Shown in pieces: positions 25,271 through 38,657 of a stretch of DNA of 61,685 nt. The DNA is from Octopus sinensis (Eukaryota), in the NCBI RefSeq assembly GCF_006345805.1, contig NW_021832387.1, positions 1 to 61,685 of the forward strand. The letters are read 5' to 3'. The notes under the pieces are model-generated. The model was not told the origin of the DNA and did not search any database. It saw nothing but the letters and a program-made list of their open reading frames with translations. Each line of letters opens with the position of its first letter. Within the stretch, counting starts at the first letter, position 1. Position numbers and translations under genes: made by a program.

Positions 25271-27290
25271 TAATTTCAACAATTGAGGGCAAAATTAATT
25301 AATTATTAATCAATTTCACCAAGTGTTCAGTATGCAAAGGGACCATTCAAGGCGAATTCAAATTATTACATTATATAAAAGGGCTTAGTAAAATAAATTA
25401 CTTTGCCGCATACTGAACTCATTAGAAATAGCAGCTAAAAAACTTTTTTAAGGCTATTTCTAATACTTAAAGAAAATCTCTCTCATATATAGTGTTTGCT
25501 TAATTCAACTCACAAAAGTTTGGGGGTAAGGACATCGAAAAATCAAATGCTAAGGTTATTCGAGAACGTACGTTCAAGATTAGTCAAAACAACATTTCTA
25601 TCATCGGCTCAGAAATTCCTTGGTTTGGATTTGGAAACACTGAAAATAAGAACATACCCTTTCGAAGATCTGCTCCCAACTAACAGTGCCAACAAATTCA
25701 AAATAAGCAAGCGAAGAATCTCTGTTCTCCCCTTTCCACCAGCGTGGGTGGGTTAAAATCATCAACACTATGCTTATTTCGGTAAAATCCGAAGCATTAA
25801 TCAGAGGGAGATTAATTATAATTTCAACAATTGAGGGCAAAATTAATTAATTATAATCAATTTCACCAAGTGTTCAGTATGCAAAGGGACCATTCAAGGC
25901 ACTGTTAGTGGGAGCAGATCTTCGAAAGGGTATGTTCTTATTTTCAGTGTTTCCAATCCAACCAAGGAATTTCTGAGCCGATGATAGAAATGTTGTTTTG
26001 ACTAATCTTGAAACGTACGTTCTCGAATAACCTTAGCATTTGATTTTTCGATGTCCTTACCCCCAAACTTTTGTGAGTTGAATTAAGCAAACACTATATA
26101 TGAGAGAGATTTTCTTTAAGTATAGAAATAGCCTTAAAAAAGTTTTTTAGCTGCTATTTCTAATGAGTTCAGTATGCGGCAAAGTAATTTATTTTACTAA
26201 GCCCTTTTATATAATGTAATAATTTGAATTCGCCTTGAATGGTCCTTTTGCATACTGAACACTTGGTGAAATTGATTAATAATTAATTAATTTTGCCCTC
26301 AATTGTTGAAATTTAATTAATCTCCCTCTGATTAATGCTTCGGATTTTACCGAAATAAGCATAGTGTTGATGATTTTAACCCACGCTGGTGGAAAGGGGA
26401 GAACAGAGATTCTTCGCTTGCTTATTTTGAATTTGTTGGCACTGTTAGTTGGGAGCAGATCTTCGAAAGGGTATGTTCTTATTTTCAGTCCAAATCCAAA
26501 CCAAGGAATTTCTGAGCCGATGATAGAAATGTTGTTTTGACTAATCTTGAAACGTACGTTCTCGAATAACCTTAGCATTTGATTTTTCGATGTCCTTACC
26601 CCCAAACTTTTGTGAGTTGAATTAAGCAAACACTATATATGAGAGAGTTTTCTTTAAGTATTAGAAATAGCCTAAAAAAAGTTTTTTAGCTGCTATTTCT
26701 AATGAGTTCAGTATGCGGCAAGTAATTTATTTTACTAAGCCCTTTTATATAATGTAATAATTTGAATTCGCCTTGAATGGTCCCTTGCATACTGAACACT
26801 TGGTGAAATGATTAATAATTAATTAATTTTGCCCTCAATTGTTGAAATTATAATTAATCTCCTCTGATTAATGCTTCGGATTTTACCGAAATAAGCATAG
26901 GTTTGATGATTTTAACCCACGCTGGTGGAAAGGGGAGAACAGAGATTCTTCGCTTGCTTATTTTGAATTTGTTGGCACTGTTAGTTGGGAGCAGATCTTC
27001 GAAAGGGTATGTTCTTATTTTCAGTGTTTCCAAATCCAAACCAAGGAATTTCTGAGCCGATGATAGAAATGTTGTTTTGACTAATCTGAAACGTACGTTC
27101 TCGAATACCTTAGCATTTGATTTTTCGATGTCCTTACCCCCAAACTTTTGTGAGTTGAATTAAGCAAACACTATATATGAGAGAGATTTTCTTTAAGTAT
27201 TAGAAATAGCCTTAAAAAAGTTTTTTAGCTGCTATTCTAATGAGTTCAGTATGCGGCAAAGTAATTTATTTTACTAAGCCCTTTTATATA

Positions 27291-27292
<2 letters not shown>
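25271..27292 (+). mobile_element. Hammerhead-bearing tandem array of a ~540-548 bp monomer with an inversion point at 25900
   Basis: 25271-25900 holds 1.15 units (period 548: atttcaac at 25273 and 25821); from 25901 there are ~2.5 units in the opposite orientation; ggc microhomology at the switch; both ends merge into (TA)n. Confidence 0.85.
25964..26034 (+). ncRNA. Type I hammerhead ribozyme candidate HHR-2 (CCGAUGA core); further copies at ~26510-26566, ~27050-27105 and minus-strand 25559-25614
   Basis: Stem I AAGG-aau-UUC-u-GAG / CUC-GAA-uaa-CCUU; core CCGAUGA at 25978-25984; weak stem II (AGA/UCU, GUU/GAC); GAA plus the perfect palindrome ACGUACGU; GUU site ending at 26021. Confidence 0.6.
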
Positions 27293-27361
<69 letters not shown>

Positions 27362-28255
27362 CATTTGCATACTAGCATATACACATTAATTTTATGCTTA
27401 CACAAATTAATCTGCTTTCGTGCCAAAAGGGTTAAACCTATACTATCTCTCCTCCACTTCTCTACTTCTGATCCTCTCAGCTCCGCCACATCTCACTCAA
27501 TAACAAGAACGGCAACAACCGCCACTGTTCTACCCTCTCCATCCCCTCAAATTCAACCTTACCTTCCACTCAAAAAAAAAAAAGAAAGAAAAACCGAAAT
27601 CCTTGCCCTTAGGAATCGTCCATTAAAAAAAGAACAACTCCAACCCATTCTGCCATAAAGATAACAAAACAGGTGAAACGTCGTATACGGGTGCGGGTGG
27701 AACGGTGAGGCAGCAAAAAATAAATAAAATAAAATAAGGGGATAAAATAACTCTGCAAACCCTATCCTGTCCCCACCCCCTCATTCTTTTCTGTTTTTAT
27801 TTTATTTTTTTATTTTTCGTTTTGTCTTGTTCTTCAGTAACGTCAAAAGTTTGTGTTAGAGATTTCTGTTTATTAGTTTTAAGACAAATAGAACTTTTTT
27901 TTTTTGTGTCGTTTGGTTGAAATTGCTGTTGTTGTGATTGTTGCTATTGTTTTTTTTTTTTTAAATTTGTGTCGTTGTTGCTATTGCTGGAGTTACAGTT
28001 GTTGTTCTTGCCGTTGTCGATGATGTTCTTGTTGTTGTTGTTGTTGTCTCTTGTGAATGAAGGTAGACTAATGAAGATACAGTTTATACGTCACGTTCAG
28101 TAGAAAAGAGACCGAAAGAAGTAACGAGAGAGAGAGAGAGAACGACGAGAGAGAGAGAGAGAGAACGAGAGAGAGAGAGAGAGCGGGGCTGACGGTGACA
28201 AACAGAGAAATCGAGAATATAGAATAGAGAGAATCCTTATGTATGTATATATGTA

Positions 28256-28428
28256 CTTTATTTAAAGCAGCAGAAAATTCTAGCAAAAAACTGTCCGATG
28301 AACGGCAACGGGAAACTCAGAGTAACAGGTTTTGTTGAATTTTCTGCTGCTTTAAATAAAGCATATTGTACCACTGGTATTGAGTACTTTTTATCCACCT
28401 TGTTTCACATTTATGTGTTACTCCGGTA
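28256..28428 (+). ncRNA. Long hairpin with a type I hammerhead candidate (HHR-4, CCGAUGA core) at its tip
   Basis: 25 bp inverted arms 28256-28280 and 28337-28361; stem I CUGU/ACAG; core CCGAUGA 28295-28301; stem II aCG-GCAA-CGg; GAAA; stem III ACUCAGAGU; GUA site at 28322-28324. Confidence 0.65.
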
Positions 28429-28469
28429 TATATATATATAATATATATATATATAGATATAGATATATT

Positions 28470-28514
<45 letters not shown>

Positions 28515-28831
28515 TCGCCTTCGAAACACGCTTGAGTCTAACTAGCGACAGCTGATGACCGGGGACTTTTCCTTATTTTCTTGTTATAATTTTATGTTTT
28601 TCCCGTTTCTACGTCCTGTTGTGGTGTCCTGTACTCACGTATGTTTATTTATATATGCATGTATATATACATGTAGATGTTAATTCGTACATATATGTTT
28701 GTATGTATGCATATATTTTAATTATTACATTATTGTCTGACAGCGCCTCGCGTCGGGTTCGTTTTCGATTCGTCGGTTCGTTCCATCTCTTGTCCTCCAT
28801 TTTGATTCTTATATATATATATATAGATAGC

Positions 28832-28902
<71 letters not shown>

Positions 28903-28904
28903 TA

Positions 28905-29168
28905 CAGTGTACATTTAAACACATTAAGAGCTACCCATCATAGGACTCCCTTACGCTAGAAGGAACAGCTAAAATCCAAACACTAATTATGGATAAAATC
29001 TTGAAGGGAATGAAAAATAAAAACATTTTTAAAATGTCAGAAACCATGGTCCAGGAAATAGATGTTAAATGTTTTTATTTTTCATTCCCCGGTTTGGACT
29101 TTAGCTGTTCCTTCTATCGTAAGGGAGGCCTATGATGGAAACCTCCTAATGCGTTTAAATGTAAACTG
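28905..29168. mobile_element. Tc1/mariner-type MITE
   Basis: TA|CAGT...ACTG|TA; ~80 bp inverted arms and an inner inverted repeat (ggaatgaaaaataaaaacattt/aaatgtttttatttttcattcc). Confidence 0.75.
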
Positions 29169-29291
29169 TATTTTATATGAATAATATATAGTCTATTGAC
29201 TAATTTTTCTATACGCTAGGCCACTGGTAGTAAAAATTTCTAAAATCTTTATTACCCTGATATTATTAATTATATATATATATGTAATAAA

Positions 29292-29543
29292 TAAATGCAC
29301 CCTTTTAAAGCCTACCCAGGCTCATGGGCCCGGTTTCCTGGTTTCAATGGCGTATATGTTCTCCAGCTGGACTGGATGCCAGTTTATCGCAGCGTTACTC
29401 ATTTTTGCCAGCTGAGTGGACTGGAGCAACGTGAAATGAAGTGTTTTGCTCAAGAACGCAACGCGTCGCCCGATCCAGGAATCGAAACCACAATCTTACG
29501 ATCATGCTGCTGACACCGTAACCACTAACTCACGTGCCTCCAC
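29292..29543 (-). mobile_element. tRNA-derived SINE family 3, full length
   Basis: Minus strand gtggaggcacgtgagttagtgg...tttcgattcctgg...cttgagcaaaacacttc...cagctggcaaaaatgagta. Confidence 0.8.
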
Positions 29544-29979
29544 ACACACACAGATATATATATACACATACGAAAGTGTGTGTGTTTGTCTGTAGAAACA
29601 ATATCAATTTACACATATATTATATATTTAATATATTTCTTTATAGATTAAAAAAAAATGTCGTTATATTTATATATTTTTATTCTATCATGTACCATTG
29701 TCCTTTAAATCTATCTCTAATCGGAGTCATGTTTACGGATTGAATTTCCAGGTCTTTTGTTTCTTCACATTACATATTTGTATCTTTCGTCTCAAGTTAC
29801 TCATAAGCACTTCTAAGTCCAAACCTCTACATTGTGAGAGAATTTCTAACCAATCTTCTTTCTGATAACAATTATAAATACGTGTGTATGTGTGTGTGTA
29901 TTTATACTTGTATACATGCATACGTAGACGTACATATATCAGTTTATATGTGTGTGTGTGTGTGTGTGTGTGTTTATAT

Positions 29980-30225
29980 AAGGTGGTTTCATGGCAAAGA
30001 ATTCATCAAGGTATCTTATTACGTCATCCAAGGAATTGAAATTTTTACCATTAAGACTTTTCTGCAGAGACCTAAATAAGTGGAAATCCGAAGGAGCAAT
30101 ATATGGTGAATATGGAGGGTGGGGTAACAGATCCCAGCCGAGCTGCAGCAATTTTTGTCTGGTTCCCAAAGCATCAAGTGCCGAAAATGAGCTTTCTTAT
30201 TTTCCATTTTAAAGGGTTACAGGAA
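29980..30225 (-). mobile_element. mariner transposase C-terminal remnant
   Basis: LGWDLLPHPPYSPYIAPSDFHLFRSLQKSLNGKNF matches the mariner HPPYSPDLAPSDYHLF motif. Confidence 0.9.
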
Positions 30226-30236
30226 CATAAACCTTC

Positions 30237-30438
30237 TTCCACGATAAGATAGCTTAAACTTGCTCTAAATGGCGGTGTAGTCAAATCCTATTTTATGGAC
30301 TCAACCATATTCTAAAATAAGTCGAAAGGTAAGCTATATTTTCCACGAAAATATAGCTTAAACTGTATTCTAAATGGCGGTGTAGTCAAATCCTCTTTTA
30401 TGGACTCAACCATGTTTTAAAATAAGTCGAAAGGTAAT
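30237..30438. repeat. Two-copy ~104 bp tandem duplication
   Basis: ttccacga...tagcttaaact...ctaaatggcggtgtagtcaaatcct...aataagtcgaaaggtaa occurs twice. Confidence 0.85.
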
Positions 30439-30473
30439 CGGCACGAACTTGCCGGACAACCCAATATAAGAGT

Positions 30474-30677
30474 AGACTATATGAACTTTCGTTTGAGAGG
30501 GGGTTTAAGTCGGTTTCACCGGCCCCCAGTATTCAACTGATGAGCATTTTATCGACTGCGGAAATATGTGAGACAAAGTCGACCTCGGCAGAATTTGAAC
30601 CCAAAACGTAAAGACAGACGAAATGCGTCTAAATATTTTGCCTGGCGTGCTAACAATTCTGCCAGCTCGCCGACTTA
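30474..30677 (-). mobile_element. SINE family 2, diverged
   Basis: Reverse complement of gtcggcgagctggcagaattgttagcacgcc...gggttcaaattctgccgaggtcgactttg. Confidence 0.8.
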
Positions 30678-30869
30678 CTTGTATGAATTAATATTAATAA
30701 ATCGTAAACACAAGCATATTTTTAGTTCTACTCGACAATAATTCTGGTATTTCAACTCCCCGAGAAAGCAAACGTGCTCTGCGACCGAAGTACTCATTAC
30801 ATGCTGTGATAGAGCGTGATTCAAGCAGGCCCCCGTGTGTATATTAGCGATCCTCAAAAGACATGATGT

Positions 30870-30883
30870 GTATACATACATGC

Positions 30884-30914
<31 letters not shown>

Positions 30915-31310
30915 TGTATGTATGTATGTATGTATGTATGTATGTATATACGTAAGTAAGCATATATGTATGCATGTATGTATGTATGTATGTATGTATG
31001 TATGTATGTATGTATGTATGTATGTATGTATGTATGTATGTATGTGTGTGTATGTATGTATGTATGCATGCATGTATGTATGCATGCATGTATGTATGTG
31101 TGTGTGTATGTATGTATGTATGTATGTATGCATGCATGCATGTATGTATGTATGTATGTAAGCATGTATGTAAGTATGTATGTATGTATGTAAGCATATA
31201 TGTATGCATGTATGTATGTATGTATGTATGCATGTATGCATGTATGCATGTATGTATGTATGTATGTATGTATGTAAGCATGTATATATGCATGTATGTA
31301 TGTTTACGCA
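30870..31310. repeat. (ATGT)n microsatellite
   Basis: Directly visible. Confidence 0.95.
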
Positions 31311-31445
31311 TTTCATACACATATATACAAATGCATACACATATGTACACTAACGTACATGTATACACATATGTATGTGTATATATAACTGAGTGTGTGT
31401 GTCTATATATAAATATATATATATATACACACACGCATTCACGTG

Positions 31446-31476
<31 letters not shown>

Positions 31477-31917
31477 TGTGTGTGTGCTTGTGTGTGCAAC
31501 TTTTCGGATTGCAGCCCTAAAATCGCATGGAACTAAAAACAGAAGGATCGCAGCAATTGTGACTCTCAAGAGATTTTAACACCAATATTGATTCAGAAAC
31601 AAAGCGTAAAATAGTTTCTGATATAGAAATTAATTAATTTACCTGTTCTGCGGTTTATATAATGCAAATAAAGCAGGCTGGCACTATCGCTAGAACGTTA
31701 TTCGTTCCAGCTCTGTGCAATATGTGTTCCAATCTCGATGGTGTTAGCTTTGTTTTCATAGAAATGGGTGGTTTTCAACCATCTTTATCTATGAACCCAT
31801 TTGATTACTATTCTATTTTGATGGACCCCCTCACCCCCACCTATGTTTAAAAACTAGTTTTATAGAAACTTCTTTCAAAATCCCGAATTTGTTTTTCCCA
31901 CATTGATTTATATAGGT

Positions 31918-32445
31918 AAGACAGTGAGCTGGCAGAATCGTTAGCACGCCGGACGAAATGCTCAGCAGTATTTCGTCTGTCGCTACATTCTGAGTTCAAA
32001 TTCCGCCGAGGTCGACTTTGCCTTTCATCCATTTGGGGTCGATAAATTAAGTACCAGTTACGCACTGGGGTCGATGGAATCGACTTAATACCTATGTCTG
32101 TCCTTGTTTGTCTCATCTATGTTTAGCCCCTTGTGGGTAATAAAGAAATAGGTATTTCTTCTGCCGCTACAGAAGTGTCAGTTACACACTGGGGTCGGTA
32201 TAATCGACTTAATCCGTTTGTCTGCCCTTGTCTGTCCTCTCTGTGTTTAGCCCCTTGTGGGTAGTAAAGAAATAGGTATTTCGTCTGCCGTTGCGTTCTG
32301 AGTTCAAATTCCGCCGAGGTCGACTTTGCCTTTCATACTTTCCGGTGTCGATAAATTAAGTACCAGTTTAACACTGCGGTCGATGTAATCGACTAGTCCC
32401 CTCCCCCCATTTCAGGTCTTGTGTCTATAGTAAAAAGGGATTAAT
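31918..32445 (+). mobile_element. Nested SINE family 2 array: one head, two tail-B units, one tail-A unit
   Basis: Each tail B (...gtaaagaaatag) is followed by gtattt.. restarting the SINE body. Confidence 0.85.
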
Positions 32446-32708
32446 TTATGTAGGTTGAACTATGTAACATATTAGAGATAGAAACCTAGCTGTTTCTTGC
32501 AATACATAGCAATACATACATCTAAAGCAAACTATTTTTGCGGGGGCCTTTAAAATACAATTGTGAATCTCTCATTTACTATTTTGTTTTGGACCCCACC
32601 AAAATCTTATATGGATCATAAGGGGCCATATGGACCTTGGTCTGAATGCAGTGTTCTTGGTGTCAGCGATTGGCTTCCTCGGTTACGAGGAGACAGCCTT
32701 CAACCCCA

Positions 32709-32743
<35 letters not shown>

Positions 32744-32865
32744 TACACACACATACACACACATACACACATACATGCAAGCACATACATACGCACGTAC
32801 ACACACTCGCATATCTAACTATCTCTCTCTCTCTATCTATCTATATATATCTATCTGTCTATCTG

Positions 32866-32932
<67 letters not shown>

Positions 32933-33059
32933 GTCTATCTATCTATCTATCTATCTATCTATACCCTATAGTTATAAACTAGGAGAATAACCAGAATGAA
33001 ATTGTCATATATATCCTATACATACATATAGAGAGAGTGTGTAATAGACAGACAGACAA

Positions 33060-33127
<68 letters not shown>

Positions 33128-33708
33128 GCTTCTTGTTTCTTAGACAGACACACACACACACACATTTATACTGTTACAGTCTCATACTCATAGAGTAATC
33201 CAGCAGTGAGAAGAATAGTACTGAGTATATGCGATGTACTCTTGACACTAATAGATATACAACAGCAGCCTTAAATTGGATCAGGAGGCTGACAATTCTA
33301 TGCGGCTTGGATGAGTGCCATAGAGTAAGAGAGACAGAGCAAGAGAAAGAAATAGATAGAGAGGGATAATTACGAGTGCGTGTATGGGAAGAAAGAAAGA
33401 AGGAAAGACAGAGAGTGAGAGTGTGAGAGAGGAGAGAGAAAGAAAGAGAATGTAAAAGGGAGAGAGAGAGAGAGATTTATGAGATAAGACTAAACATTTT
33501 GAACATTATTTTAAATGTCAAAAACAATCCTGATTTTTCCCCCCATAAGTACTTAGAAAGAATTTCTCAAACTAGTCTTCGTTCGCTGGAGTTGTGTGTA
33601 TGTGAGTTTGTGTGTTTATGTATTCCGTGTGTGTATTTGTGGGGGGGGGGGATTTTGCGTCGAATAAAGGTATTGAGAGTGCACGCGTATTATCTATCTA
33701 TCTATCTA

Positions 33709-33757
<49 letters not shown>

Positions 33758-33858
33758 GTCTATCTGTCTGTCTGTCTGTCTATCCTTCTGTCTGTCTGTC
33801 TCTGTGTGTATGTTTACATGTGAGAGTTGTATGTGTGTAGGTTATATATATATATAAT

Positions 33859-33928
<70 letters not shown>

Positions 33929-33994
33929 ACATAGTATATGTATGTATGTATGTATGTATCTATATATATATGCATATATATGTATATATGTATG

Positions 33995-34037
<43 letters not shown>

Positions 34038-34676
34038 CTGTGTATGTGTGTGTATGTATGTATGTATGTATATATATATATATATCTATATATATATTAT
34101 ATATATATATACATAAATATAATATTTATATATATATATAATATATATACATACATTAATATATTATATATATATATATCAATATATATATATATATATA
34201 ACACCTACATGTTGTTGCAGTACACATATACGCATACACACACAATATGTATCCTAGGGGTTACTAGTTCTTAGAAACAAGGTCAGGCCACATCGTAAAA
34301 GGAATTCAAAGCTCAATGTTCCGTTGTTTTTATCGATAAGTGAGTTTGGCAAAATACATTTGATTTCGTCGTCTCTGACCAAAACGAAATGTATATTTGT
34401 GGCATTCTTCTTATTATATATAAATTAAAGAAGGTGTCGTGCTGGCTGAAACCGGTATTTCGTTTGTCTTTACGTTCTGAGGTTGACTTTACCTTTTTAT
34501 CCTTCAGGATCGATGAAATAAGTACCAGATGGGCATTGGAGTCGATGTAATAGACTAGTCCCCTATCCCCAAATTTCAGGTCTTGTATCTATTGTAGAAA
34601 CGATTATATATAACAAGAAGTCGGTGAGAATCGTTACCTTGCCTGGCGAAATGATAAACTGTATTACTTCTGAATT

Positions 34677-34910
34677 AAGGCGGTGAGCTGGCAGAAACGT
34701 TAGCACGCCGGGCGAAATACGTAGCCGTATTTCGTCTGCCGCTACGTTCTGAGTTCAAATTCCGCCGAGGTCGACTTTGTCCTTTCATCCTTTCGGGGTC
34801 GATTAAATAAGTACCAGTTACGCACTGGTGTCGATATAATCGACTCAATCCGTTTGTCTGTCCTTGTTTGTCCTCCCTGTGTTTAGCCCCTTGTGGGTAG
34901 TAAAGAAATA
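34677..34910 (+). mobile_element. Young SINE family 2 (tail B) inserted into an older family 2 copy
   Basis: Near-consensus copy; gtattacttctgaatt (34661) recurs as gtattccttctgaatt (~34948); decayed SINE sequence on both sides. Confidence 0.85.
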
Positions 34911-35509
34911 GGTATTACCATGTGCCTAGAGTAGAAAAGGATAAACGGTATTCCTTCTGAATTTACGTTGAGTTCAATGCTGACGCGGTCAACTTTGCCT
35001 TTTATCGTTTCAGAATCGATAAATACCAGTCGAATATAAAGTATAAATATACAAAGATGAATATTATTTTCAATCTTAATTTTGTTTCATTTTGAAAAAT
35101 AGAACTTTATTTTATGATTCATTATTGTTCATATTCTCAATTACAAATATACGGGGGCTCCAAAACTTTCAAGTGTTCAGTGCCTCGATGGGTCTTAATC
35201 CGGCCCTGCTTGCAAAATATATGTGCAGTTCACGTATTGAAATCTTCGAGTGATTTCTGGTAATTGAAACGCAGCGTGTCTGGTGCTGCACCTTCTGGTC
35301 TTTTACTTAGCACAATTAGGCAGCCGTGAAAAAGTGAAACACTAGCTCGATCTCAAAGCAAATTATTTAACCCACAAAATACACAAATACGTATATAAAT
35401 AAATAAGTAAATAAATCGAAGAAAAACACACACACACACACACACACAACCATACATACAGACACACGCGCACCACACAAGCTCACGCACACGCACGTAC
35501 ACTAAAGCG

Positions 35510-35543
<34 letters not shown>

Positions 35544-35937
35544 GACCTAGTTTTTCTTCTATTTTAAATTCTTTGAACCGCAGAAAGAAATAGAGGTAGA
35601 CAACTCTGGGGACTTGTTTGTTCGTTCGTAAATGTTACTCGTTACTCATTCTTTGTTACGGTAACTGTTATAATTGTTATTTTTGTTGTTGCTCTTTTTG
35701 TTGTTGTTGTTGTTGTTACTATAATTGTTGTCGTTTTGTTGTTATTATTCTGTACGTGCCTTGTATTTTCGTTGTAGTTGTGAGTGTTGCCGTCGATGTA
35801 GTTTGTTGCTGTTTAATGTTTGCGGAGTGAATCAGGCATCGTATTAAGAAACTTCAAAAGATGTCGTCTTGCAAGTGTATATATGAATTTGTAGTTTTGC
35901 AAAACATAACCTTCTATCTCTCTTCTCCTTTACCGTT

Positions 35938-35994
<57 letters not shown>

Positions 35995-36330
35995 TCTCTC
36001 TCCCGCTTCTTCGTTTTCTCTATCTCTCACTTTCTCTCCACTCCTATCTCTATTTCCCCACCCCTCCATTCTATCTTGTTTTCTCGTTTGTATTTAATGC
36101 TGTTTATATTTATTTCTGTGTATATCTCCCAAGTGTAATATCCACAGAGCAACCAACAAATGCCCCGTTTTCAACATTCTAGTTACATGCCAAACCAGTT
36201 CGGCATTTTTTAATGACTGTTGTGAGTTGTTTAACACTTGATATTAGCGTTTTGCTTCTTCTTTGTCTCTAGACTATCTCTGGAGGTGTGGATCAGTTTA
36301 TACGAATTGCATCCTTGCAATTGACCCAGG

Positions 36331-37135
36331 GGCGGTGAGCTGGCAGAATAATTAAAGCGTCGAAGGCGACGAGCTGGCAGAAACGTCAGCACGCCGGGCG
36401 AAATGCGGTAGCTTGTATTTCGTCTGCCGTTACGTTCTACGTTCAAATTCCGCCGAGGTCGACTTTGCCTTTCATCCTTTCGAGGTCGTAAATTAAGTAC
36501 ACAGTTACGCACTGGGGTCGATATAATCGACTTAATCCGTTGTCAGTCTTGTTTGTCTCTGTGTTTAGCCCCTTGAGAGCAGTAAAGAAATAGAAATAAA
36601 GTATTTCCTCTGTCTGTACGTTCTGAGTTCAAATTCCGCCGAGGTCGACTTTGCCTTTCATCCCTTCGGAGTCGATAAATTAAGTACCAGTTACGCACTA
36701 GGGTCGATGTAATCGACTTAATCCGTTTGTCTGTCCGTGTTTGTTTCCTCTGTGTTTAGCCCCTTGTGGGTAGTAAAGAAATAGGTATTTCATCTTCCGC
36801 TACGTTCTGAGTTCAAATTCCGCCGAGGTCGACTTTGCCTTTCATCCTTTCGGGATCGATAAATTAAGAACCAGTTATGCACTGGGGTCGATATAATCGA
36901 CTTAATCCCTTTGTATGTCCTTGTTTGTCCCCTCCATATTTAGCCCCTTGTGGGCAATAAAGAAATAAGAATCATTAAAGCGTCGGAAAAAAATAATATG
37001 CGTGCCGGAATTTATTCCACTTATCTTTTCGTCCTGAGTTCAAATCCCGCCGACTGTGGTTCATTATCGAATTACCTCTTTCCTTTCGAAATTGCTGGCT
37101 TTGTGCAAAAATCAAAAGCCATTATTTAGGGCATC
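36331..37135 (+). mobile_element. Nested SINE family 2 array: three tail-B units inside an older copy
   Basis: Old head interrupted after agaat.attaaagcgtcg (~36345-36362), which recurs at ~36968-36985; internal units restart at gtattt. Confidence 0.85.
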
Positions 37136-37554
37136 AGACAAAGAGGGTTTCAGTACTGGTTCCAGCTCTCTACGTTGTGAGACCAATTTCTACCAACGTC
37201 AGCTTTGCTATTCATTTTTCAAGGGTCGGTAAAATGTAATACCAGTCATGTACAGAGTTCGATGGTGTCGACTTACCTGCTTCTCGCCACATCGTTGAGC
37301 TTATGTCTAAATCAGGAACCATTATTAGAGGTTTCACGTCGTGTTGGCAGACTTGTTAGCATACCGAACAAAATGCATTGTAGTATTTTTTCTAACCCAA
37401 TACATTATGAGGTTGACTCTGCTAATCATCCTCTCAGGATCGATAAAATAAGTACCAGTTAAGCGTTGGGGTCAATGTCTTCGAGGAGCACTCTCCTACA
37501 AAATTTCAAGTCTTGCATCTTTAGTAGAAATAATTATTATTATTATCATTATTA

Positions 37555-37615
<61 letters not shown>

Positions 37616-37741
37616 CATTGTTGTTGTTGTTGTTGTTATTATAATTATCATTATTATTATTATAATTATAATTTTATTATTATCATTATTAATATTATTA
37701 TTATCATTATTATTGTTGTTGTTGTTGTTGTTAATATTATT

Positions 37742-38247
37742 GCCTTTGCACAGCTTCCAACGCTGGAGATGTACTACAGAGTCAGCTGTTCACTACCAGT
37801 GAACTAAGGTAACACCTCTTATTTTTCGAGCTCCTTCCGGAGTATTCCAGCGGTTCCAAGCAGTGCTGTTTTCTGCAAGTGCTCCATCCTTATTGCAGCC
37901 CCTATTTGTTCCATGTACTTCTCAAGATTTTTGCTCATTGTTCCCAGGGCTCCGACAATTTTTGGTACTACAGCTACCTTTTTCATCGACCACAACTGTT
38001 TAACTTCTCAGGCTAACATGTCATATCTCACAACTTTTCTTCCTTCCTTATCACATACCTTGTCAGCTGGGCATGCTATATCTATGATCCAGTATAGTTT
38101 GTTTTCTTTCTTAATTAAGACTATGTCTGGCTTTCTATTCTCTACTCATGGTCGCACTGAATTATAAAACCCCCTAGGATCTTTGCATTTCTATTTTCGA
38201 TAATGCCTTCAGGTTTGTGGTCGTACCAATTTTTTCTCTGTCAAGTT
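37742..38247 (-). mobile_element. R4/Dong-like LINE 3' fragment (RLE domain) within (TAA)n
   Basis: Manual minus-strand reading RKPDIVLIKKENK...IIDIACPAD...VVPKIVGALGT...LQKTALLGTAGILRKELEK*; (ATT)n on both sides. Confidence 0.85.
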
Positions 38248-38285
38248 CATCATCATCATCATTATTATCATTATTATTATTATTA

Positions 38286-38345
<60 letters not shown>

Positions 38346-38347
<2 letters not shown>

Positions 38348-38555
38348 GGTGGCGAGCTGGCAGAATCGTTAGCAAGCCGGGCGAAATGCTTAGCGGTATT
38401 TCGTCTGCCGCTACGTTCTGAGTTCAAATTCCGGCGAGGTCGATATTGCCTTTCATCCTTTAGGAGTCGATAAATTAAGTACCAGTTGAATACTGGGGTA
38501 GATGTAGACTACCCCCACCCCAAATTTCAGGGTTGTGCCTATAGTAGATAGTTTA
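38346..38555 (+). mobile_element. SINE family 2, tail A ending in (ATT)n
   Basis: ggtggcgagctggcagaatcg...gagttcaaattcc...ccccaaatttcagggttgtgcctatagtag. Confidence 0.85.
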
Positions 38556-38608
38556 TATTGTTATAATAATAATAATAATAATAATAATAATTATTATTAT
38601 TATTATTA

Positions 38609-38651
<43 letters not shown>

Positions 38652-38657
38652 CATTAT

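Noticed and set aside
28510-28570. GAAAC...GUC followed by CUGAUGA as a possible type II hammerhead
   Set aside because: Stems I and II cannot be formed; kept only as a possible truncated relic.
35140-35208. Possible hAT-type terminus (ttaatccggccctg)
   Set aside because: Only one end was found and no TSD.
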